Part shown: piece after piece, positions 18,891 to 28,861 of the stretch
How the letters are laid out: the number at the start of each line of letters is the position of its first letter
How positions within the stretch are numbered: position 1 is the first letter of the stretch
Origin: Stramenopiles sp. TOSAG23-3
Lineage: Eukaryota
Direction of reading: 5' to 3'
NCBI GenBank assembly: GCA_900128585.1
Contig: LT642172.1
Coordinates: forward strand, 1-44,869
Length of the DNA: 44,869 nt
Translations under genes and position numbers: made by a program
The notes under the pieces: model-generated
What the model was told of the DNA's origin: nothing
Databases searched by the model: none
The model's input: only the letters and a program-made list of their open reading frames with translations

Positions 18891-20861
18891 TTAGGCGCTG
18901 TCTGCCAAGTCCTGAAGCTTTTCTTTCCTTTCGTCCAGCTTCTTTTTGAATGATGCTTGAGTGGATTTTTCGTGGTTCAACTCTGCTTTCGTATCTGCAG
19001 AAACCTTTCGCTGCTCGTTCAACTGGGCTTTCAAAAATTCTACTTTATCCTCCGACGACTTCTTTTCATCGAGTGCTTTCTTCACATCGGAAGAGGCCAT
19101 TTCCTGAACACGCTGGTCGTGCTCTAGTTCTAGTCTTCGCCGCTCCAGCCGGTCGCTATCCTCCATATCCCTATCACTTAGCACGCCCTTCAAAGCCTCT
19201 TGGACTGCGCGGCTCACCGCAGGATCCTTTTCCCCGTGCTGTCCTTTTCCCTTTGATGTTCGAAGGTTTTTCCTCTCTTTCTTGTTGCAGTTTTTGCCAC
19301 CCCCGCACCCAATGACAATATTGATTGCTTGCGGTTGCGGTGCGGCCTGTGCGACAGGAATTCGTGGGGGGTTGTTTCTCAAGGCGCTATGTGCTGATAG
19401 CACGGCCCCAAACCCTTGCATTAAGCCCTCCATCTGCTTCTGCGCATCGATTTGGGCCTGCTCGTCGATATCGGAGGTATCGAAGGCCTTGTTCCAGGTC
19501 GGCTTCATCCCCGCTTTCAGCAGCCTGGCCTCCGTCTTCCGGGTCTCCTCCTTCAGCTTGTTGACATCGTCGCGCATCCTTTCTTTTCGAATGCTCAGCT
19601 TCGATGTCTCCTCGCCCCGGGCTTTCTCGCCATTTGCAAACTCTAATTTTGCTTTCTTCAACTCCAATTCTGTCCTCTTCGCTATTCCCAGAGTCTTTGC
19701 TTTCTCCAACTCCAACGCTTTCATTCGGGTTCTTGCACCTTTCGCACTATTTGCGAGAGCACTTTCAGCTCGCTCGGTGGCTGCCCTCTTGTTCATTATG
19801 GACTCCAATGCTGCCTTTGCAGACTTTATGTCTGCCGCCCTCCCGAGGCGTTCTGCTTCCCGCAACTCGAGCTCCTTCGCGTACCCAGCCTGGAGGAGTT
19901 TATGCTTGCGCTGTTCCAATTCCGCGTTTTCTTGCGCCATTGCATTCTCCTTGGCCCGCTGCTTATTTGCCTCTGCTTGGAGCATACTTTGCCTCGTTGC
20001 AACTTTCTGCGCTTCTAAACGGTCCGCAGCAATTCTCTTTTTGGCTTCGTTCTTTACAGCTTCTTCTCTCTTGATTCTCTTCTCTTCTGCCGCGGCCTTC
20101 ATTGTTTTTAACTTCTCGACCTCTTCTTGTTCTTGCCTTATAAGAGAGGCAATCCCTGCCTGCTTTCGTGGGTTCTCGGTGGCGAGCGAGCGCTGCAAAT
20201 CCGATATCAATCTGTGGGCGTCGGCTTCAACTTTCTTCAGCGCGTGGCAGGCCACCATGGATTTCTTGCTTTGGGTTGTGCTCATCTTACCTTTGGAGCA
20301 TGCGCGAGATGTCTCGTAAAGACGTCCCATTGTGGCTGTTGCGCGTTTCAAAACGCTATCAACGTCGAGTTTGACCTTGATCAGTTCCCCTTCCATTTGT
20401 GCTTTATCCAAGGGTTTGAACTCTGGAAGGCAAGTGCCTTCAACAAAGTTAAAGTTCAAATTACCGGATCTCTCGTCGGTCCCCAGGGACACGCAAAAGT
20501 CCTTCTCGCCTAACTCTACGCTGCACTCCCCGTGAAAACATTCAGTGCTGTCACTGTCACAGAACTTATTCTTCGGGTTTGGGCAATTAAAGTGGGCGGC
20601 ATACTCGTCCGTTTGTGTCAAGTATTCCAACGATACTACTTGCTTCAAATTATACATTGAACAATCTCCCCAAACAGGCCTTTTACCCCGAACGGAGCCT
20701 AACAAATTTTCGTTCTGAGACACTTTAATCGGATATACATTCAAGCCATCAAAATTAACTTTCTTCCGGCATTGTGTGGGTGGGACGGCAGAAGTTGCAT
20801 CCGACAAAGAAGCAGTTACCACTGCAGCCAAGGCAACAAACAGCGTTTTCGCACTTGCCAT
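18891..20861 (-). CDS. Secreted protein: Cys-rich N-terminal domain + long Lys/Ala/Glu coiled coil
   Basis: Signal peptide MASAKTLFVALAAVVTASLSDA from ATG 20861, ~8 Cys in the first ~150 aa, then extended charged heptad-like helices. Confidence 0.8.
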   Translation of the reverse strand: MASAKTLFVALAAVVTASLSDATSAVPPTQCRKKVNFDGLNVYPIKVSQNENLLGSVRGKRPVWGDCSMYNLKQVVSLEYLTQTDEYAAHFNCPNPKNKFCDSDSTECFHGECSVELGEKDFCVSLGTDERSGNLNFNFVEGTCLPEFKPLDKAQMEGELIKVKLDVDSVLKRATATMGRLYETSRACSKGKMSTTQSKKSMVACHALKKVEADAHRLISDLQRSLATENPRKQAGIASLIRQEQEEVEKLKTMKAAAEEKRIKREEAVKNEAKKRIAADRLEAQKVATRQSMLQAEANKQRAKENAMAQENAELEQRKHKLLQAGYAKELELREAERLGRAADIKSAKAALESIMNKRAATERAESALANSAKGARTRMKALELEKAKTLGIAKRTELELKKAKLEFANGEKARGEETSKLSIRKERMRDDVNKLKEETRKTEARLLKAGMKPTWNKAFDTSDIDEQAQIDAQKQMEGLMQGFGAVLSAHSALRNNPPRIPVAQAAPQPQAINIVIGCGGGKNCNKKERKNLRTSKGKGQHGEKDPAVSRAVQEALKGVLSDRDMEDSDRLERRRLELEHDQRVQEMASSDVKKALDEKKSSEDKVEFLKAQLNEQRKVSADTKAELNHEKSTQASFKKKLDERKEKLQDLADSA

Positions 20862-21868
20862 GTTTTCCACGGATAGGGCTGTTAGTGTGTCTTGTCTCCC
20901 ACGCGTGACAGTAACTTTCACTAAACTACCTCTAAAAGTTTATATCCACTGGAATTTTAAGCAAACGTGTCTTGTCACGTTTCGAAAACGGGAAGTTACC
21001 GTTGCAAAGGCGCCGTTTATACTAGAAGTCGGAAAGGGACGAATAGATTGTTCCCGACGATGCCAACCCCCCTTTCCTATTCCCTCTTCCCAATGCCCCT
21101 GACCTGCAAATACCACCAAAGCCGACCGTGAAGGTTCGTCGATACAATGCATGTTGTTGTAAATAAAAATATTTTTATATCCTATAATTATGTATACAAA
21201 TTGTTGTAGTAGACGAGGAGTAGACGAAGTTAAAATTGAAAGAATTTAAAAAACGGGGGGGGGGGGACCTCTACAGGCAGTTTGATAGGAAAACATTTTT
21301 GTTTCATACATAGGTGATGTGACCAGTCTATGTGTGCGTGAAAACATTGCTTTATTATAAAAATGTGTTTGGTAGTTAAAAACAGGAATATTTGTTTGTT
21401 TACTACGAGATGTTCCTATTCATTCCATACAACAATGATTGAAGTGGTCGTCCTCATTTTCTTTCAGTGCACTGCAGAATAGAATACAATGCACGATGGT
21501 ACCTTGGTATTTTGATGTTATTAATACACCATCCATCGTGTGGATTATATTATATGGATGTGGTATTGTATTATATAATGGTGGATAGGGAGGGAGGTGG
21601 ATAGGGATTTAAACGCTTTTAGGTGTTCTCTCTTGTTATGTTAACAACAATACTGCTAAACCAGTATATGAAAGGAAGAAGATGTTTTATATTATAAAAC
21701 TTCGGCCCTTTCCCTTTCTCGTCACGGATGCTATCAGAACTAGTCTCGAGTCTGATGTTGCATCGAGACGAGTATTCAACTCTTTATTTGCTGCCGTTTT
21801 TTGTGTTGATAAAAAGCTTTGACGTCCGGTTGCTGTCGAAACGTTTGTTCAATAGTATAACTCCAAGT

Positions 21869-22600
21869 ATGATAGTGCTAGACGTCTCCCGGAAAGTAAT
21901 TTGTCTGTTGCTTGTGGCCTCTTTTGCGTTTGGCCACAAAGTACGAAATAGTGATCCTGCCCCTTCATTGGCAGATAGTTTGCCGTCGAGTGAAATTAGT
22001 GAAGAAAATGCCACGGCAGTTGATAGTGTCACGGGAGCAGAAGGGAATGGAACGTCAGGGATAGACAGTTTAGTGCCGGAAAAGCCGACGGTCTGGGAGC
22101 CAAAGAAGGCCTACGAGACGTATTTAAAACATCATGAAAGGCACCAGGACCACCTGGCGACTTCGGATTCGAAAATTCGTGTAGCAAACGATCATCTAGA
22201 TGCCATCCACCATAAATTGTTTCACCATGAAGTGCGAAACGAACTGCTTAACCTCGCTGTTAAGAATTCCAGTGACCTGCAAATAGACAATATAAGGAAT
22301 TACATAGAAACCGTAGTCGCAGAGCGCTTTTCCCGTTTCTTGGGAAAGCCGAGGAAAGGTGCAGAGGCCGCTGTGGCCGAACCTGCAAGAGATTGTTTGG
22401 TTTGCCCCCCATCTGGATCGGAGCCTTCGCATGTGGGCGAAGACGACGAAAGTACCATGCAGAATTCGACTTCCGCGAATGTTACAGAAGCTGAGGATTA
22501 TAGGAGCCTTGCAAACCCTGAGAAGAAGAAGAAGAAGAAGAATCGTAACGGGACAAACGCAGCTCGTAACTCGACGAATGCCTCGGCGTCGTTGATTTAA
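21869..22600 (+). CDS. Hypothetical secreted protein with His-rich helical core and many N-glycosylation sequons
   Basis: ATG 21869 gives signal-like MIVLDVSRKVICLLLVASFAFG (upstream in-frame ATGs at 21728 and 21755 also exist). Sequons NAT, NGT, NSS, NST, NVT, NAS; His-rich segment KHHERHQDH...HHKLFHHE. Confidence 0.7.
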   Translation: MIVLDVSRKVICLLLVASFAFGHKVRNSDPAPSLADSLPSSEISEENATAVDSVTGAEGNGTSGIDSLVPEKPTVWEPKKAYETYLKHHERHQDHLATSDSKIRVANDHLDAIHHKLFHHEVRNELLNLAVKNSSDLQIDNIRNYIETVVAERFSRFLGKPRKGAEAAVAEPARDCLVCPPSGSEPSHVGEDDESTMQNSTSANVTEAEDYRSLANPEKKKKKKNRNGTNAARNSTNASASLI

Positions 22601-22784
22601 AACACAGTCCGGGAGCGCGGAACATTTTTGGGGGTCATAAACGTTCATGTTAAGAAGAACGTGTCGAAGTGTTGTGTGAATTTTATAAAAAGGAAAAAGC
22701 TATTTCTTATAAAAAGAGTTTGGTTTCTCGAAAATTACTCCTCAGCAGAGTACAGTTCCTTTTCTATTATAAAAGAAACTTCTA

Positions 22785-22824
22785 CCGGTATTAATACCTG
22801 GTACCTGGTATTATACCAGGTACC
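22785..22824. repeat. Perfect 25-nt palindrome with adjoining palindrome (GGTACC element)
   Basis: GGTACCTGGTAT-T-ATACCAGGTACC at 22800-22824 (12-bp arms), preceded by the palindrome GGTATTAATACC. Confidence 0.9.
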
Positions 22825-23156
22825 GCCTCTCCTGCTTTTATTACCTTAACACGAATCAAGCTTCGTCGACGACTGATGCTGTGCTGTTGGTATAATACAT
22901 TATTACACACGGAAAAAAACAAAGAAGAAACAACCGTTATAATAAGTAAATCATCACAACACAACATCAACAACAACAAAAAATAATAATAATAGAAGGA
23001 AGAAAGAAAGAAAGAAAAACAAGCGGTTTTTGTCGTGTGTGGTTCATTGAATGTCAAAGAAGAACGGTGGGTGGATTAAATCGAAATTAATATGTTTTGC
23101 CATACGTATTTTGTAGGTTCCAACGGTCTGATAAGACGTAAACAAGTTCTTGAGAG

Positions 23157-25016
23157 ATGAGAGAAAAGCTTGGTTCACTGCTCGATTCAGACAGGTGGTT
23201 ATGGTCTACGGCCGTTCCGCGGGATATTGAAAAGTTGTTGGGCGCGGCGAGCTGCGGCAAAAGTGTAGTTTTGGAGACCGATAAGTTTGGCAACACGCCA
23301 TTGCACCTTTGTGCAAAGTATGGAGCATCAACGGGCGTTCTAGAAACCGTGGCGACAGCAAACCTTGCACAGTGCAAAATGCAGAACAATACTGGGAAAG
23401 TCCCCCTACATTTGGCGGCACAACGCGGTTTTTGTGAACTTGTCCGAGCCCTATTCGAACTGGACCCAGAGACGTCCATGGTGAAAAATAAATACGGCAG
23501 CACCGCCCTTGAGTGCGCAAAGCGAAACAACCAGGATATCTCCTCCGTATTTTTGAAATCATTGATGCGGGAAAGGGGCTTTTTGGTGGGGGTGCCGTCC
23601 CTTTTGGAGCGCAGCGAAACGTGGGTTGACACCACGCCAAGCGACGTAGCTGCTTTGATAAAGAAGAATCCTTTTTCAATCCGAACCAAAGACAAGAATG
23701 GGTACTTGCCCGTTCATTTAGCGTTGCACTGGGACGCACCGACTGAGACGTTAATGTACATTGTAGAAGAAAACGTAAGCGTAATGCTTGACAATAAGGC
23801 GGCCCCAATATGGAAGCACGTGACGCCGAAGCAGGTGGATAATTTACTAAAGAGATTCCCAAACGCCTGCACGGACGCTCTGGACGAAAAGACGGGGCGT
23901 ACTATTTTGTCCGTCGCGGTCGTAAACAACGCCCCGGTAGAGACAATCGTGCATTTAATAGAATTAAACGTCCAGGCGCTCTTGCGTGGAGGCGAGGTAG
24001 GTTGGAAGTATGCTACTGTTGAGCACGCAGAAGCTTTGTGGGAAACCATCGTTACCCCCGAAAACACCCCTACGGTACAGGCGAGGGCGAAGGCTTTGCA
24101 CTTGGCCGTCAGCCATGGGGCAACGGAAGACGTTGTCCTTCGTTTGGTCCATTTCTTCCCACAAGCCTGCGAAACGAAAGATCCGAAAACCCTTCAATTG
24201 CCGCTGCACGTCGCCACAATCTGCCGGTTTGCCCATCTCGTGCCCCCCCTGCTGGCATTTTATCCAGCGGCGCGGTTCTCGCGAGACAGGGTCGGCCGGA
24301 CCCCGTCGGACTATGCGAAGCTGGACGAAAGGTGCGCAGGCATTGCTGCAACACTCGCTTACCTTGCTGGTGAGTCCAGCGTAGTCAACACTGAAAAATG
24401 GTCGTATTGCCTCGTGGACGGCGTTCCAGAAGATGAAACCGTGGTAGAGACGAGCTGCAGCACGGCACGGAGCGCTGCTAGTACATCTAGGAGCACCGCA
24501 AGGAGTGCGCGGCCCGTATTGAACACGGGGCGGCGTTTATACTTTGAAGCCTTCGAATGCCTGCGGCAAAGCGACATGCAAATCGTGGTCGGCACGGGGC
24601 CCAACCGAAAGTTCATCGATGCGCACACCAAAGTGCTAAAGCTAAGGTCAAGGTATTTCAAATCAAAGATACGGGGGAGGTGGGCTGAAATGGGGCGCGA
24701 AATTCATTTCAAGCAGATGGATCCTTACTTTGTTTCGCTCATCATCCGCTACTGCCACGAAGGTCGATTTTCCATCGATATTCTCCGGAAATCACACCTC
24801 ACAGTCCTGGAAGTCGCCAAAGAACTGGACGTTCCTGGTTTGATTGCCATTTGTGAGGCATGGGGAATGGGGGGGGGGGGACTAATCTCGCCATCTTTCG
24901 ATTACAAAACAATCCCTGAAGAATTGAAAAATGAAAAAGAAACAGAGGATTACTTGAAAGCACCGTCCTCGCAAGAAGTTAATATAAAAAATGGAAAAAA
25001 GATGTCATTTAAATGA
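23157..25016 (+). CDS. Ankyrin-repeat protein with C-terminal BTB/POZ domain
   Basis: GNTPLHLCA, GKVPLHLAA, GYLPVHLAL, LPLHVA and GRTPSDYA ankyrin motifs; BTB signature SDMQIVVG...IDAHTKVLKLRSRYFKSKI.G.WAE...IIRYCHEG...ELDVPGLIAICE. Confidence 0.9.
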   Translation: MREKLGSLLDSDRWLWSTAVPRDIEKLLGAASCGKSVVLETDKFGNTPLHLCAKYGASTGVLETVATANLAQCKMQNNTGKVPLHLAAQRGFCELVRALFELDPETSMVKNKYGSTALECAKRNNQDISSVFLKSLMRERGFLVGVPSLLERSETWVDTTPSDVAALIKKNPFSIRTKDKNGYLPVHLALHWDAPTETLMYIVEENVSVMLDNKAAPIWKHVTPKQVDNLLKRFPNACTDALDEKTGRTILSVAVVNNAPVETIVHLIELNVQALLRGGEVGWKYATVEHAEALWETIVTPENTPTVQARAKALHLAVSHGATEDVVLRLVHFFPQACETKDPKTLQLPLHVATICRFAHLVPPLLAFYPAARFSRDRVGRTPSDYAKLDERCAGIAATLAYLAGESSVVNTEKWSYCLVDGVPEDETVVETSCSTARSAASTSRSTARSARPVLNTGRRLYFEAFECLRQSDMQIVVGTGPNRKFIDAHTKVLKLRSRYFKSKIRGRWAEMGREIHFKQMDPYFVSLIIRYCHEGRFSIDILRKSHLTVLEVAKELDVPGLIAICEAWGMGGGGLISPSFDYKTIPEELKNEKETEDYLKAPSSQEVNIKNGKKMSFK

Positions 25017-25070
25017 ATTTAATTATAATAGTCTGGATCGTGGGTGGGAACATTGGATTACACTGGAAGG

Positions 25071-25436
25071 ATGTCTTACCTCGAACCGTATTTGCGTCCA
25101 AAAATGGCTTCGCCCCATCGCAAACGGCCGAAATATGGATACAACGAGGTCTACAGATCGTGTGGAAGCTGTGATGCCACATGCAACAAGCCCTATCCAG
25201 TATGTAGAACGGTATGCGCTTTGGGTTGTAATTGCAAGCGTGGATACGTTCGACATAACTTCAACGATGACCATGACACACGTTGTTATAAAAAAAGCTT
25301 CTGCGCAGAATTCCTTGATCCGAACTATGGAAATAGACGAAAATGGTTGGCCCCTACCGACCATCCAAAGACTTTAGACATTACGAAAATAAAGCAGTTT
25401 TTTTTAAACTCGAAGTTCACAACAGTTTGGGTTTGA
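25071..25436 (+). CDS. Small ORF with trypsin-inhibitor-like (TIL) Cys-rich domain; possibly a fragment or pseudogene
   Basis: NEVYRSCGSCDATCNKPYPVCRTVCALGCNCKRGYVR...CYKKSFC matches TIL spacing. The first Cys appears replaced by Tyr and no signal peptide is visible. Confidence 0.55.
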   Translation: MSYLEPYLRPKMASPHRKRPKYGYNEVYRSCGSCDATCNKPYPVCRTVCALGCNCKRGYVRHNFNDDHDTRCYKKSFCAEFLDPNYGNRRKWLAPTDHPKTLDITKIKQFFLNSKFTTVWV

Positions 25437-25651
25437 GACTAATTTTTACTGCAACCAACCCAACTAACAGCAGCAGATCCATTTTATTTTTCTAGTTATA
25501 TATCCATGTAAAAAGATATTTCCTTGTTATTCCTATCTTGTAATGATCCTATTCCCATCATATCTAAAAAATATATTTTTTTTATTAGGATTATTCTCCA
25601 AAAATTAATTTTATTAGTATCCAACCTCCAACTACCACACACCATCACAAA

Positions 25652-25730
25652 AAAGAAAGAAGCCCAACAAACACAACACACAGAAGAAAAGAAGCCCACA
25701 CAACACAACACACAGAAGAAGCCCACACCA
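25652..25730. repeat. Short tandem repeat (~30-nt unit, ~2.5 copies)
   Basis: AAGAAGCCCA(A/C)...AACACAACACACAGAAG repeated. Confidence 0.7.
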
Positions 25731-25994
25731 TCCACCAAATTGCAATAATTGATGAATGCGCTTGGCTTTAATCGGTTGCAATCAGAGACAAAACATTCAA
25801 AAAAAACGAAAACGAAGCGAAAACTGAACAACCAATAGAGTGCGTTTGCTTGAGTTCGTTTGTTGATTAATTGCATTGGAATTTACAGCTTAGTTTCGTT
25901 TCGTTTCGTCTTTCTTTTTTACGGTGTGCAAAAGAAAGTAGGGCTGTTGTAAATCGCATATCGTATACGTACCGAGCGGATATATACACCCACC

Positions 25995-26441
25995 ATGATC
26001 CGGTTTTTAGTCCTTCAGAACCGGCAGGGGAAGACGCGTTTGTCCAAATGGTACATTCCGTTTGATGAGGATGAAAAGAGAGCCGTAGAAGCTGAAGTCC
26101 ATCGCCTCGTAGTAAATCGTGACGCAAAGTACACGAACTTTGTGGAGTTTAACGTGGGCAAGCACACGTATAAGTTAGTCTACCGCCGGTACGCGGGTCT
26201 GTTTTTCACGTTGTGCGTAGACTTGAACGATAACGAGCTCAACTGCCTTGAAACAATCCACCTCTTTGTGGAGATGCTAGACCTTTACTTTGGTAACGTT
26301 TGCGAATTGGACTTGGTATTTAACTTCCACAAAGTCTATGCCGTAGTCGACGAAATATTTTTGGCAGGGGAGGTGCAGGAAACCAGCAAACGCAAAATAT
26401 TGGAGCGCCTGAAGGAGCTGGAGAAACTAGAAGCTCAGTAA
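25995..26441 (+). CDS. AP2S1: AP-2 adaptor complex sigma subunit
   Basis: [20 protein letters not shown]...[11 protein letters not shown]...[10 protein letters not shown]...[31 protein letters not shown], close to the known sigma-2 sequence. Confidence 0.95.
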   Translation: MIRFLVLQNRQGKTRLSKWYIPFDEDEKRAVEAEVHRLVVNRDAKYTNFVEFNVGKHTYKLVYRRYAGLFFTLCVDLNDNELNCLETIHLFVEMLDLYFGNVCELDLVFNFHKVYAVVDEIFLAGEVQETSKRKILERLKELEKLEAQ

Positions 26442-26660
26442 TTGGAGAAGGTGGAGGAGTGTGCGTGTCAGACGGGCGGGGCGGTGCCTGGGCCATAGGC
26501 TTGGGGCACCGCCTACATAGTTTTATAAGCGATCAGTATTAAACTTTAATCGTCGTCCCTACGCCGTAGTCTACCCTGCACGCATCGGCCCAGGGAGGGG
26601 TTTCTCTCTCAGTCCGGTCTGGCGCGCTCGGGTTGCCCTTGCTACAGCCCGCTCCAACAA
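26442..26660 (+). ncRNA. Candidate structured RNA (unassigned family) or structured 3' UTR
   Basis: GC-rich island in an otherwise AT-rich spacer context, with multiple nested complementary segments (see findings). Confidence 0.35.
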
Positions 26661-26887
26661 GTAAGATATCTTTAGCGCGCGACGTCCACGCGTAAACTTA
26701 CGAAGTGTGTAATTGAGAGAGATTTAAAAATAACCAAAAATAAGAGCGTTGAAAAAATGTGTACATATTGGTGTATATATTCCAGCTTGAGCCTCTCTGA
26801 CTTCATCCAAAAATGAAGTTCCTTCCTGCTCGGTCGTGAGTCTCTCTCGTGACCTCTTTTCGCCTGCTTCCCCCACCCACACATACT

Positions 26888-27634
26888 TTATTCATCTGCC
26901 GTATTCGCTTGCTCGTCTTCGACACCCTTCAGCAACATTTGGGTCTCTTGGCGGGTCAGGCACTGGTGCATCGTTTCGTTCTCGAGCCGACGAAGGACGG
27001 AAAACTCCATTTTATCGTCCGTCAAATGCTGCGTATCCATCGCTTTTGCGAGGACTTTTGCTGCAAGCTTCAAGGCGTCCTGCAATCCAATATCCTCCTT
27101 GTATTCCTTCTTCAACATATCGCGCGCCATTTGGTTGTTACTTCCGATGGCGATGGCGTTCCACCCAATATAGTTTCCACTCGGGTCGGCATGGTACAGC
27201 TGAAAATTGAAAGTCTTGTCCCAGCCACCGATTAAAAATGACACTCCGAATGGTCTTTGTCCGCCATACATCGTGTACGTGTGGGCGATGTCGGCCAGCG
27301 ACAAGACCAAGGTTTCTACCGGGACCGGCTCTTGGTAGCTATACTTGTGCTGCTGGGCCCGTACCCGCGCGTGCTGTATCAAAATATTCGCGTCTGAGGC
27401 TAACCCAGCAACAGCAACTGCAATGTGGTTGTCAATCTTGTACATCTTTTCGCTACCCTTGGGCGGCGCTAACAACTTTGACACCGCCTTCTTTTCCGCG
27501 CCGAACACTATTCCCTCTTTAGTCAGTATACCAACGCACACGCCGGCTTGGTCGATGGCCTTCATGGCATATTCCACTTGGTGGAGTCGCCCCTCTGGCG
27601 AGAACGTTGTCGTCCGTGAATCGTAGCGTGACAT
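26888..27634 (-). CDS. PSMA4: 20S proteasome subunit alpha-3 (PSMA4/PRE9)
   Basis: MSRYDSRTTTFSPEGRLHQVEYAM...SEKMYKIDNHI...GGQRPFGVSFLIGGWD...LYHADPSGNY.GW.A.AIG.N. Confidence 0.95.
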   Translation of the reverse strand: MSRYDSRTTTFSPEGRLHQVEYAMKAIDQAGVCVGILTKEGIVFGAEKKAVSKLLAPPKGSEKMYKIDNHIAVAVAGLASDANILIQHARVRAQQHKYSYQEPVPVETLVLSLADIAHTYTMYGGQRPFGVSFLIGGWDKTFNFQLYHADPSGNYIGWNAIAIGSNNQMARDMLKKEYKEDIGLQDALKLAAKVLAKAMDTQHLTDDKMEFSVLRRLENETMHQCLTRQETQMLLKGVEDEQANTADE

Positions 27635-28861
27635 TGTATCCTTTCAGTAATCTTCCTTCGCGAACCAGTACGTGCGTAAATTATAAATATATGTCTCGAA
27701 ACGCAGTGATGATTTTTCTACCTTATCGAATTGTTTCTTTTCTTTCTTCATTCGCACAATCAAAACTTTCTTTCAAATTTCCGCCGTGTAGTAGACTTCT
27801 TTCTTCATCATTTTAAAAAATATAAAATAATAATAATAATAATATAAAATAATAATAATTAAAAAAAATTATTATTCCTCTCCCTCTGTTCTGCTTATTA
27901 TTTTCCAAAAAATAAAAATAATAAATTAAAAAATAATAATAATAATAATAATAAATAAGAAGAAGAAGAAAGAAGAAGAAGAAAAAATTCAAATCTAAAT
28001 AAATACTTATTCTTACCGTTTATAAGTATAAATTAATAACCATACATAGGAAACAATACTACATCATTGAATATATAAATAGTATTGTATATATATCCAT
28101 ATATTATTATATAGGTATATTTATTAACTATACCATTTAATATACTAGTTTTTTGAAATAATTTAGTTTTGGAAGGTTTTTAGGAAGGTTTAGTTTGGTT
28201 TTTAGGAAGGTTTTTTATTATTTTTTTTGTTTTTTTGAAGTAAGAAGAAGAAGAAGAAATTTTAAATGAAAGATATTTGGAATATTACAACAGTACGATA
28301 CTGTACTGTACCAGTATTAATAATAATTTAGATTAATAGCGCACAGACAGTGAAGTGAACACACAGCTCCATCTTCTTTTTCATTTTGATGTTCTTTATG
28401 CTATTGTATATGTAATGTTATTTTATAGGAGAAGAAGAAGAAAAGGAAGTCCCTTCTTCCACAGACGACTCCAAGTCCTCAACTCAAGTCCTCAAGTCCT
28501 CAACTCACGGCTTTGATCCTTCCATATATTAAGGAGTTTACGTCTTTAAGATTAAAATTAATACATTTTCAATTTGTTATACAGTATTATACTTATAATG
28601 AGATTTCTTTTAGTTGAAACACAAAATAGTTAAGACTAGTATCCTTACTACTGAAATTGACCCCTCAAATCTCTCTCTGCCTATTCCCTACTATTAAAAA
28701 AATAGAATGAAAACCCTTCTCCTCCCACCAAAAAATATAATTTTTAAAAGTTCAGCAGTATCACCAAGTAGAAAAAAAAGAAGTCGTTTAGCATCACAGG
28801 GTAGCCATTACACTACAACTACTACAACAACAGCCAAGAAGGGGGAAAAAAACAATTGAAG

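Noticed and set aside
19282-20319. 345-aa plus-strand ORF
   Set aside because: Ser/Phe/Ala-rich antisense mirror of the coiled-coil gene.
16615-22824. CRISPR array interpretation of the palindromic repeats
   Set aside because: No regular repeat-spacer periodicity, no cas genes, eukaryotic context.
26555-26615. TPP riboswitch on the minus strand (CTGAGA...ACCC...GCGTAGGGA)
   Set aside because: The central ACCTGAT...AAT core is missing, G-U pairs favour the other strand, and neighbouring genes are unrelated to thiamine.
26442-26660. Telomerase RNA or spliceosomal snRNA identity for the structured segment
   Set aside because: No 1.5-repeat CCCTAA/CCCTAAA template, no Sm site and no U1/U2/U4/U5/U6 signature.
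28170-28215. Interstitial telomeric repeat
   Set aside because: TTTTAGGAAGG units are few, irregular and do not match TTAGGG/TTTAGGG.
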